This document shows positions 1 through 9,447 of a stretch of DNA of 64,000 bases, in pieces (within the stretch, counting starts at the first letter, position 1; every line of letters starts with the position of its first letter). The translations under genes were made by a program, and so were the position numbers. Below the pieces are notes generated by a model that saw nothing but the letters and a program-made list of their open reading frames with translations, made no database searches and was not told where the DNA came from. This stretch comes from Haplodiscus bocki (taxonomy: Eukaryota). The DNA is taken from positions 12,462,001-12,526,000 of the forward strand of contig OZ296654.1 in the NCBI GenBank assembly GCA_965655095.1. The letters are read 5' to 3'.

Positions 1-1089
1 TATCGCTACAGTATATGATGGAAATGAAGCCCAAATGTACAATTAAGTGAGTTCAAGTAACTCTCATGCAAACAGTCTGTAAGCGTTTCCTCTCAGTTTG
101 ATTTGTTGGATGGTAATGTTTCAAGACGGCGCTTCAATATAGAGCTCAAAGAGAGCGTCCTCAGGCATAATTTAAACCGGGCTGGTAATATAATGAAGAA
201 TCTGCATCAATGGACAAACTGTGCTTTTCAGAAGCAGGATGTTCGAACACTTGTCTAAAAATTTGAATCCAGTTCGTACATACTGATCAACTTTATCCTC
301 GTTCTAACGTAGACTTCTGTTTGAGGAAATCAATATCAACATGCAACAAGTTTTTGATCACGAAAACAAATGATGAAAACTACCAAAGTTAAACGGAACT
401 TGAGAACGTAGGAGGGCAGGTGAATTGCGACGCAACTTGTTTGAAACATAGAGTGCAAATATGTCAGTTCCTTTCTTCAAGTAGGTTTTTCCCAATTTTG
501 TGAGTTGATGCAATTCGCGTCAGTTTACGTACACATATAAAGCGTTTGGCATTTTTGTTAGTACGAGTTGAATCAGAAAGATTCAGATTTGGGCCGTCCA
601 CTAGGATTTTTTTTACATGACCCGGTGTGTTGTCTACCGCTAGTCTGCAAATAACTCGCTAACTCAAAATTATACAAGACTACTTATTATCACTATTTGA
701 TCCTACAGCCTTTCCATTGAGAACCGAATGCAGACTCAACCGAGAAACGTACCCCTTCTATATTTGTAGTTACTTAAACAAAGAAGCGCTTACTTGATGG
801 ACATTATTTTGTCGAAATCGAGATACGGCAAGTAGCACAAAACTACTCATGAAGATCCTGTGATAAATATTGTGGACAAAAAGTCCTATTCCAAGTTAAA
901 ATGCGACTTTGAGCTCGGGTTTGCTGATATAATAAACTTTGCATATTAGCGGTGTCTCTTGTAACCTTTGTTGTGGATTTTGGCAATTAACTTTTCAAGA
1001 ATTTGTGAAACCAATCTTATTCTTTTCATTTCTTTGATTACTTTGAGCAATTGATTACTATGACTCTGCGTTTCTAATTTCAATCCCAT

Positions 1090-2110
1090 TCAGAATGTTT
1101 GAAAAAGGCAATCAATATTTTTGGAAAACGTGAGGTCTCCAGTTTTACCGGAAAAACTCATGCGGACTGGAAGTGGGCTCAGGCTTTGGCACATTGAACG
1201 CCACTCCAAGTCGAAGCAGGTATTCTTACGTGTTGTCCTAGTATATTCTGACAACTCCAGAGCTGAAAATGTAGAAAATCCAGAAGCAAAACACTCTGCG
1301 TTTCCCGGTGACTTCAAATTGAATCCGTGATGTGCTGAAGGAGTCGGAAGACGGCGTGAACTCGACTTCTTTCGCTCTTCATGTTGGTTTCTCGTTTTTC
1401 GGTTCCTAGCCTCTTATTGCAGCAAGAAAGAGTGTTTTTCGAAAGGAGCTGTGTGCTCGAGCAGTTTTTCAAAAACAAAAACCAGGTCAACATTGTTGGC
1501 GGCACCTATAAGTGGGAGCTCAACGCGTATTGATTGTTCCAGGACAAAGGAACTGACAGAATTGATTGGTTTTTGATGATTGGCTGCGCAGTCTTTGGCT
1601 GTTGCTGGCTTGTGATTTATTTTGAAAAATTACTGGATTAATAGCTTCATGCAATGAGTTATATGAGAAGCAAAAGAAATCAGAGCAAGTTGTCAGACTT
1701 CTTGCTCTGATTTCTTTTACTTCTTCGGAGTTGTTTTCGGTTTTGAAATTTATCGCTACACTATATGATGCAAATGAAGCCCAAATGTACAATTAAATGA
1801 GTTCAAGTAACTCTCATGCAAACAGTCTGTAAGCGTTTCCTCTCAGTTTGACTTGTTGCTTGTTAATGTTTCAAGACGGCGCTTCAATAGAGAGCTCAAA
1901 GAGAGCGTGCTCAGGCATAAAATAAACCGGGCTGGGAATATAATGAAGAATCTGCATCAGTGAACCAACTGTGCTTTTCAAAACCAGGATGTTCGAACAC
2001 TTGTCTAAAAATTTGAATCCAGCTCGTACATACTGATCAACTTTATCCTCGTTCTAACGTAGACTTCTGTTTGAGGAAATCAATATCAATATGCAACAAG
2101 TTTTTGATCA
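1090..2110 (-). pseudogene. Decayed protein-coding sequence within the monomer (representative copy; present in every unit), product unknown
   Basis: Minus-strand ORF fragments tile the monomer (1792-1520, 1505-1314, 1317-1090, plus a largely open frame from ~2050 to 1793). Relic-versus-modern blocks show synonymous and conservative changes in minus-strand frames, e.g. EQSIRVELPLIGA / ENPIRVELSVTGA and IPSPVYFMPEHALFELYIEAPS / LPSSVCFIAEKAVLALLIKAPT. Confidence 0.55.
1563..1586 (-). promoter_or_regulatory. Paired CCAAT (NF-Y-like) boxes, repeated in every monomer (representative copy)
   Basis: The minus strand reads CAGCCAATCA-TCAAA-AACCAATCA, with cores 14 bp apart (ATTGG at 1565 and 1579). 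Motif match only; function is not shown. Confidence 0.25.
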
Positions 2111-4242
2111 CGAAAACAAATGATGAAAACTACCAAAGTTAAACGGAACTTGAGAACGTAGGAGGGCAGGTGAATTGCGACGCAACTTGTTTGAAACATA
2201 GAGTGCAAATATGTCAGTTCCTTTCTTCAAGTAGGTTTTTCCCAATTTTGTGAGTTGATGCAATTCGCGTCAGTTTACGTACACATATAAAGCGTTTGGC
2301 ATTTTTGTTAGTACGAGTTGAATCAGAAAGATTCAGATTTGGGCCGTCCACTAGGATTTTTTTTACATGACCCGGTGTGTTGTCTACCGCTAGTCTGCAA
2401 ATAACTCGCTAACTCAAAATTATACAAGACTACTTATTATCACTATTTGATCCTACAGCCTTTCCATTGAGAACCGAATGCAGACTCAACCGAGAAACGT
2501 ACCCCTTCTATATTTGTAGTTACTTAAACAAAGAAGCGCTTACTTGATGGACATTATTTTGTCGAAATCGAGATACGGCAAGTAGCACAAAACTACTCAT
2601 GAAGATCCTGTGATAAATATTGTGGACAAAAAGTCCTTTTCCAAGTTAAAATGCGACTTTGAGCTCGGGTTTGCTGATATAATAAACTTTGCATATTAGC
2701 GGTGTCTCTTGTAACCTTTGTTGTGGATTTTGGCAATTAACTTTTCAAGAATTTGTGAAACCAATCTTATTCTTTTCATTTCTTTGATTACTTTGAGCAA
2801 TTGATTACTATGACTCTGCGTTTCTAATTTCAATCCCATTCAGAATGTTTGAAAAAGGCAATCAATATTTTTGGAAAACGTGAGGTCTCCAGTTTTACCG
2901 GAAAAACTCATGCGGACTGGAAGTGGGCTCAGGCTTTGGCACATTGAACGCCACTCCAAGTCGAAGCAGGTATTCTTACGTGTTGTCCTAGTATATTCTG
3001 ACAACTCCAGAGCTGAAAATGTAGAAAATCCAGAAGCAAAACACTCTGCGTTTCCCGGTGACTTCAAATTGAATCCGTGATGTGCTGAAGGAGTCGGAAG
3101 ACGGCGTGAACTCGACTTCTTTCGCTCTTCATGTTGGTTTCTCGTTTTTCGGTTCCTAGCCTCTTATTGCAGCAAGAAAGAGTGTTTTTCGAAAGGAGCT
3201 GTGTGCTCGAGCAGTTTTTCAAAAACAAAAACCAGGTCAACATTGTTGGCGGCACCTATAAGTGGGAGCTCAACGCGTATTGATTGTTCCAGGACAAAGG
3301 AACTGACAGAATTGATTGGTTTTTGATGATTGGCTGCGCAGTCTTTGGCTGTTGCTGGCTTGTGATTTATTTTGAAAAATTACTGGATTAATAGCTTCAT
3401 GCAATGAGTTATATGAGAAGCAAAAGAAATCAGAGCAAGTTGTCAGACTTCTTGCTCTGATTTCTTTTACTTCTTCGGAGTTGTTTTCGGTTTTGAAATT
3501 TATCGCTACACTATATGATGCAAATGAAGCCCAAATGTACAATTAAATGAGTTCAAGTAACTCTCATGCAAACAGTCTGTAAGCGTTTCCTCTCAGTTTG
3601 ACTTGTTGCTTGTTAATGTTTCAAGACGGCGCTTCAATAGAGAGCTCAAAGAGAGCGTGCTCAGGCATAAAATAAACCGGGCTGGGAATATAATGAAGAA
3701 TCTGCATCAGTGAACCAACTGTGCTTTTCAAAACCAGGATGTTCGAACACTTGTCTAAAAATTTGAATCCAGCTCGTACATACTGATCAACTTTATCCTC
3801 GTTCTAACGTAGACTTCTGTTTGAGGAAATCAATATCAACATGCAACAAGTTTTTGATCACGAAAACAAATGATGAAGACTACCAAAGTTAAACGGAACT
3901 TGAGAACGTAGGAGGGCAGGTGAATTGCGACGCAACTTGTTTGAAACATAGAGTGCAATATGTCAGTTCCTTTCTTCAAGTAGGTTTTTCCCAATTTTGT
4001 GAGTTGACTGCTGTTGCTTCATAAATTCCCCCTTATCTCTCACTAGCAGTATCTGTGAGTCAGTCCCCAGAGACTTACATTGGCAATTCAATTTAGTTGA
4101 ACGCAATTTGTTTCCCTTTGTAATCTGAATAATTGAATATTTCATTTTCTATTTTCCTTTCATCGCTCGTAAAGCCCTTGCTTTTGAACTGACGCCTTCC
4201 TTGTTCGCGGAGCCAGCAAGGCAGCCAAAATGGAGAGATAAA

Positions 4243-4332
4243 AGCTCTAAAGACTCGTTCTGTTTTTAAACAATAATTGAAGCGCGGCTGCCGCTGCTTT
4301 AATGGAGTGTTTGTCACGCGCCGTTTAGAGCT
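4243..4332. other. Imperfect ~90-nt hairpin (nested inverted repeats)
   Basis: AGCTCTAAA 4243-4251 / TTTAGAGCT 4324-4332; AAACA 4268-4272 / TGTTT 4308-4312; ATTGAAGC 4276-4283 / GCTTTAAT 4296-4303 (one G-U pair); GCGG 4284-4287 / CCGC 4291-4294; loop CTG. Confidence 0.6.
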
Positions 4333-4830
4333 AACCGAAAATTAGAATCAAATATTTTTTGCATATTCAACCTCTATTTCCTCTTACTACATGCTCTGCG
4401 ACAGCTCCAAGTTGTGAATGTGATGATCCAAGCTCTGCTTTGAGAACATTTTGCGTCGAAATTTGTTGTTTTTCAGAATGGTTTTTGTTTTAAACTACCT
4501 TTTTAAAATTGTTTCGTCCAGAGATTAATCAAATGAGTTTTCTTGTTTCGCGTCATAACATCTCTCGTATTCATATCGCAAGGAAAATCATTCCTCCATT
4601 CGGAAGACTTTTCCTGTTCGTTTGCCTATTCTTGTTGCGTTAACTATTGATCTAATTCCTTCCTTTTTTGCTAGTGTATGGATCATTTAAACTGCCAAGT
4701 TGAAATATATATCTCTACTTTCTGAGACACTGATTGTATGTTGTATGGTAAATTTTTAGGACCTTAGTAGAATTTTTTTTCTGAAATTCTGCAAGAAAAG
4801 GAAAATATTCGAGAATGTTGTTTTCTTTTT

Positions 4831-5070
4831 CATATTCCCCTCGATGCGTAGAAATGAAGTTTTGACAACAGCAGCCAAAAATAATTCGCTGAAGGCCCGA
4901 ATAAAACCTGAAACTCTTCGTTTTTTTCTCCTCAAAATGTTCGACTGGGGACGTAGAATGTAGTTTGAACAACACCAAGTGACAAGTTTTTCGCCAGGAA
5001 ATCGAAAAAAAATTCAAAGTCGCTCAAAATGTTTGGCTGGACACATGAAAATGAGTTTTGAGAACACCAG
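4831..5070 (+). repeat. Three degenerate direct copies of a ~45-60-bp motif (approx. CTCAAAATGTTnnnCTGGACACGTAGAATGnAGTTTTGACAACACC), spaced ~92-100 bp
   Basis: 4831 CATATTCCCCTCGATGCGTAGAAATGAAGTTTTGACAACAGC; 4931 CTCAAAATGTTCGACTGGGGACGTAGAATGTAGTTTGAACAACACC; 5023 CTCAAAATGTTTGGCTGGACACATGAAAATGAGTTTTGAGAACACC. Confidence 0.75.
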
Positions 5071-5304
5071 TTTTTGTCTAAAATAGTACTTACTGAGCTA
5101 AAAGCGAGCCTCCGGAGACCGTAGGATGCTTCCTTTTCTTGAACTTTTCTGCAATTTCCTTTTTGAGCTTTTTCTGACCCATAGTCGGGAGAAAGCGTCG
5201 CGATGCTGGTGCACCTTTTTTGGGTGTAGATAGATTTAGACGAAATATTTTGATGGGTTTTCTCAATGATTATTAGAACATGCCTCCAAAAGCATAGGCT
5301 GTTC

Positions 5305-5341
5305 ATGATCAAAAGTAGTTTGTAATGACCAAAGTAGTTTT
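5305..5341 (+). repeat. Short tandem duplication, period 20 bp
   Basis: ATGATCAAAAGTAGTTTGTA is followed by ATGACCAAAGTAGTTTT. Confidence 0.7.
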
Positions 5342-5699
5342 CTCTTCAACTGCCTGTTCTATTTTTTTTTTCATGCAGGGATCAGTCGGATTTTTTTCTG
5401 CAGGTAGGTGTAGTTCCAGCATTCTCGGTGATCTTTTCGCAGACAATTTATGTGGCGAATATTTTTTATTTCAGTTGGAGTTGAATTTCTTGATTTTCCG
5501 AAATATTTTTTTTCAAGTACCTCTTCCAATTCTTTCACCCAGGGCTCAATCAATAGTCTTTTTTGTTTAGATTGATACAAACGCTACCAATTTCCAGTTG
5601 TAATGTTTTTTTTCATAGTTTGTTGTGAAATCGGGTCGTGAGTTTCTTCCAACAGATATCGTAGTGTTCTTACAACGATATCAAACATTAGTTGATTCA

Positions 5700-6789
5700 G
5701 CAGTGATTGAGTTCAAGTTAGACTTGCGTAACAGAACTTTCGGCGTTTTTCTCTCATTTTCAAGTGTCAATTGATAATTTTTAGTCGGCGCTTTTATTAA
5801 GAGCGCGAGGACAGCCTTTTCAGCTATGAAACAAACACTGCTGGGAAGAATTTCAGCATCAATAGACAAAATACGCCTTGCAAAAGTGGAATCTTTGACT
5901 TCTCGTAATAAAAACAGTCCAGCTCGTACATTGTGATCAAGTTTTTCCATACTCTAACACAGACATTTGTTTGAGGAAATCATTCCTATCATCAACATGC
6001 AACAAAATGTTTAACTCGAAAAAAAATGAACAAGGCTACCAAAAATGAAGGGAACTTAAAGGAACGTAAGAGGTCAGATGCATTGCGAAGCAGCTTAATT
6101 TGAAACAATTTGGGCACCAGTGGAGCTGGAACTTGTATATTGAATAAGATTTCCTCCGAGAGTTTCTGATGACCATATTCTGTATCAGTATTTAATTATA
6201 GGAAACGTTTGGCGTATTTTCACACCAGATGAATTGGAGAAACTCAGGTTTGTTCGACCCAATTGGAGCTTGTGTTTATTTGATCGGGGTTTCATTTTTC
6301 TTAGCTTTATTGCATTAGTTACTAACTAAAACCTTATCCTACATGATACATCTATGGTAAAGCGTTCAGCATGAATCCGCAAAAAATCTGAAACTTTCCC
6401 TACTGGAATGGAAGATACGCAATTTACCAAATTAAAATTTGGGAAAACTAGGTTTTTTTACCTTGTTCAAATCTATGCCACTCATCTTTGGTCTACTTCA
6501 CTTTCAGCGCCAGCCAACTCAAACCAAGCTGAGATAAAACACGGTGATAGCGCTCTCTGTGTGCCGTCCGCATTGAGTCGGAACGCTGCGTTACGGCGAC
6601 TGCTTTCGCCGATAATATCCGTTTCTCCCATTTTTGACATCGCAGCTCCTTCATGCAGGAACACTAAACTGTGTTTTCCGAAGGAGCTGTTTTTTCAGAC
6701 CATCGGGTGCAAAACGTAGTTCCACAGTTTTATTCGGCGCCTGTAACCGAAAGCTCGACTCGTATTGGATTCTCCGACGCAGACAAACG
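5700..6789. repeat. Highly diverged relic monomer of the satellite, lacking a counterpart of monomer positions ~700-1150
   Basis: Collinear exact blocks shared with the monomer: TGAGTTCAAGT (5708), CGGCGCTT (5786), TCCAGCTCGTACA (5918), TGTTTGAGGAAATCA (5968), ATCAACATGCAACAA (5991), CGTTTGGC (6206), GAGTCGGAA (6575), AAGGAGCTGT (6681). It joins the modern monomer in register at GACAGAATTG (6790). Confidence 0.92.
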
Positions 6790-9447
6790 GACAGAATTGA
6801 TTGGTTTTTGATGATTGGCTGCGCAGTCTTTGGCTGCTCCTGGCTTGAAAATTATTTTGAAAAATTACTGGATTATTAGCTTCATGCAATGAGTTATATG
6901 AGAAGTAAAAGAAATCTGGGCAAGTTGTCAGACTTCTTGCTCTGATTTCTTTTACTTCTTCGGAGTTGTCTTCGGTTTTGAAATTTATCGCTACAGTATA
7001 TGATGGAAATGAAGCCCAAATGTACAATTAAGTGAGTTCAAGTAACTCTCATGCAAACAGTCTGTAAGCGTTTCCTCTCAGTTTGATTTGTTGGATGGTA
7101 ATGTTTCAAGACGGCGCTTCAATATAGAGCTCAAAGAGAGCGTCCTCAGGCATAATTTAAACCGGGCTGGTAATATAATGAAGAATCTGCATCAATGGAC
7201 AAACTGTGCTTTTCAGAAGCAGGATGTTCGAACACTTGTCTAAAAATTTGAATCCAGTTCGTACATACTGATCAACTTTATCCTCGTTCTAACGTAGACT
7301 TCTGTTTGAGGAAATCAATATCAACATGCAACAAGTTTTTGATCACGAAAACAAATGATGAAAACTACCAAAGTTAAACGGAACTTGAGAACGTAGGAGG
7401 GCAGGTGAATTGCGACGCAACTTGTTTGAAACATAGAGTGCAAATATGTCAGTTCCTTTCTTCAAGTAGGTTTTTCCCAATTTTGTGAGTTGATGCAATT
7501 CGCGTCAGTTCACGTACACATATAAAGCGTTTGGCATTTTTGTTAGTACGAGTTGAATCAGAAAGATTCAGATTTGGGCCGTCCACTAGGATTTTTTTTA
7601 CATGACCCGGTGTGTTGTCTACCGCTAGTCTGCAAATAACTCGCTAACTCAAAATTATACAAGACTACTTATTATCACTATTTGATCCTACAGCCTTTCC
7701 ATTGAGAACCGAATGCAGACTCAACCGAGAAACGTACCCCTTCTATATTTGTAGTTACTTAAACAAAGAAGCGCTTACTTGATGGACATTATTTTGTCGA
7801 AATCGAGATACGGCAAGTAGCACAAAACTACTCATGAAGATCCTGTGATAAATATTGTGGACAAAAAGTCCTATTCCAAGTTAAAATGCGACTTTGAGCT
7901 CGGGTTTGCTGATATAATAAACTTTGCATATTAGCGGTGTCTCTTGTAACCTTTGTTGTGGAATTTGGCAAATAACTTTTCAAGAATTTGTGAAACCAAT
8001 CTTATTCTTTTCATTTCTTTGATTACTTTGAGCAATTGATTACTATGACTCTGCGTTTCTAATTTCAATCCCATTCAGAATGTTTGAAAAAGGCAATCAA
8101 TATTTTTGGAAAACGTGAGGTCTCCAGTTTTACCGGAAAAACTCATGCGGACTGGAAGTGGGCTCAGGCTTTGGCACATTGAACGCCACTCCAAGTCGAA
8201 GCAGGTATTCTTACGTGTCGTCCTAGTATATTCTGAGACCTCCAAACCTGAAAATGTAGAAAATCCAGAAGCAAAGCACTCTGCGTTCCCCGGTGAATTA
8301 AATTGAATCCGTGATGTGCTGAAGGAGTCGGAAGACGGCGTGAACTCGACTTTTTCCGCTCTTCATGTTGGTTTTTCGTTTTTCGCTTCCTAGCCTCTTA
8401 TTGCAGCAAGAAAGTGTGTTTTTTGAATTGAGCTGTGTGCTCGAGCAAATTTTCAGAACTAAAAACCTAGGTCAACATTGTTGGCGGTACCTATAAGTGG
8501 GAGCTCAACGCGTATTCATTGTTCCAGGACAAAGTAACTGATAGAATTGATTGGTTTTTGATGATTGGCTGCGCAGTCTTTGGCTGTTACTGGCTTGGGA
8601 TTTATTTTGAAAGTTTACGGGATTAATAGCTTCATGCAATGAGTTATATGAGAAGTAAAAGAAGTCAGAGCAAGTTGTCAGACTTCCTGCTCTGATTTCT
8701 TTTACTTCTTAGGAGTTGTCTTCGGTTTTGAAATTTATCGCTACAGTATATGATAGAAATGAAGCCCAAATGTACAATTAAATCAGTTCAAGTAACTCTC
8801 ATGCAAACAATCTGTAAGCGTTTCCTCTCAGTTTGATTTGTTGGATGTTAATGTTTCAAGACGGCGCTTCAATATAGAGCTCAAAGAGAGCGTGCTCAGG
8901 CATAAAATAAACCGGGCTGGGAATATAATGATGATTCTGCATCAGTGGACAAACTGTGCTTTTCAGAAGCAGGATGTTCGAACACTTGTCTAAAAATTTG
9001 AATCCAGCTCGTACATACTGGTCAACTTTATCCTCGTTCTAACGTAGACTTCTGTTTGAGGAAATCAATATCAACATGCAACAAGTTTTTGATCACGAAA
9101 ACAAATGATGAAGACTACCAAAGTTAAACGGAACTTGAGAACGTAGGAGGGCAGGTGAATTGCGACGCAACTTGTTTGAAACATAGAGTGCAATATGTCA
9201 GTTCCTTTCTTCCAGTAGGTTTTTCCCAATTTTGTGAGTTGATGCAATTCGCGTCAGTTTACGTACACCTAAATCGTTTGGCATTTTTGTTAGTACGAAT
9301 TGAATAATAAAAATTCAGATTTGGGCCGTCCACTCGAATTTTTTAACATGACCCGGTGTGTTGTCTACCGCTAGTCTGCAAATGACTCGCTAACTCAAAA
9401 TTATACAAGACAACTTCTTATCACTGTTTGATCCTACAGCCTTTCCA

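Larger units (their letters stand above)
1..4007. repeat. Tandem macrosatellite, left segment (~2.3 monomers, period 1750 bp), truncated at monomer position ~508
   Basis: TATCGCTACA recurs at 1, 1751 and 3501. The ORF track repeats at +1750 (1090/2840, 1520/3270). Identity with the monomer stops abruptly after ...TTTTGTGAGTTGA at 4007. Confidence 0.98.
4008..5699. other. Non-satellite spacer interrupting the array (single copy in this window, no convincing CDS)
   Basis: No recognisable match to the monomer. ORFs of 60-126 aa here show no family signature I recognise. The left junction is sharp at 4007/4008; the right boundary with the relic monomer is fuzzy (about 5620-5700). Confidence 0.85.

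Noticed and set aside
265-720. Long nearly open plus-strand frame (IQLVHTDQLYPR...VCK), or an alternative genetic code with TGA read-through
   Set aside because: It contains TAA stops as well as TGA, and the synonymous-change pattern against the relic fits minus-strand frames better in the informative blocks. It is probably an antisense shadow, though not formally excluded.
1190-1250. 5S rRNA, snRNA, SL-RNA or tRNA gene as the cargo of the tandem unit
   Set aside because: Only scattered short words match (TGAACGC and AAGCAGG here; GTTAGTAC and GTTCGAA elsewhere in the monomer), with wrong order or spacing. There is no cloverleaf, and Sm-like words are not consistently conserved. An Rfam scan would be needed to exclude very divergent RNAs.
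1335-1372. Hammerhead-ribozyme-like CTGAAGGA-GTC-GGAA-GAC, as expected for a retrozyme or Penelope-type tandem array
   Set aside because: The CUGANGA box has an extra base, the obligatory GAAA is GGCG, and there are no stems I/III with an NUH site. Only a simple GAAGGAGTCG/CGACTTCTT stem remains.
1121-1792. Recurrent 63-95 aa ORFs (MENVRS.../MEDVRS..., MKSPGN..., MYIWAS..., MPPTML...) as a functional small-gene array
   Set aside because: They mostly use non-ATG starts, overlap on opposite strands, and are freely frameshifted or lost in individual copies (e.g. 13349, 18900, 60921). Their recurrence simply reflects the repeat.
4323-4345. GTTTAGAGCTA resembling a Cas9 repeat / sgRNA scaffold start
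   Set aside because: It is a single short match with no repeat-spacer array and no cas genes. It is just the 3' arm of the local hairpin.
4932-5312. 126-aa ORF with NSLCFWR, reminiscent of the N-terminal region of Polinton-type polB
   Set aside because: It is only a 5-6 residue resemblance with no downstream polymerase or exonuclease motifs, and the ORF runs through the degenerate DNA repeat.
4008-6789. Interruption as an inserted transposon
   Set aside because: There is no TSD, TIR or LTR, the flanks are ~1045 bp out of register, and about 40% of it is a relic of the satellite itself.
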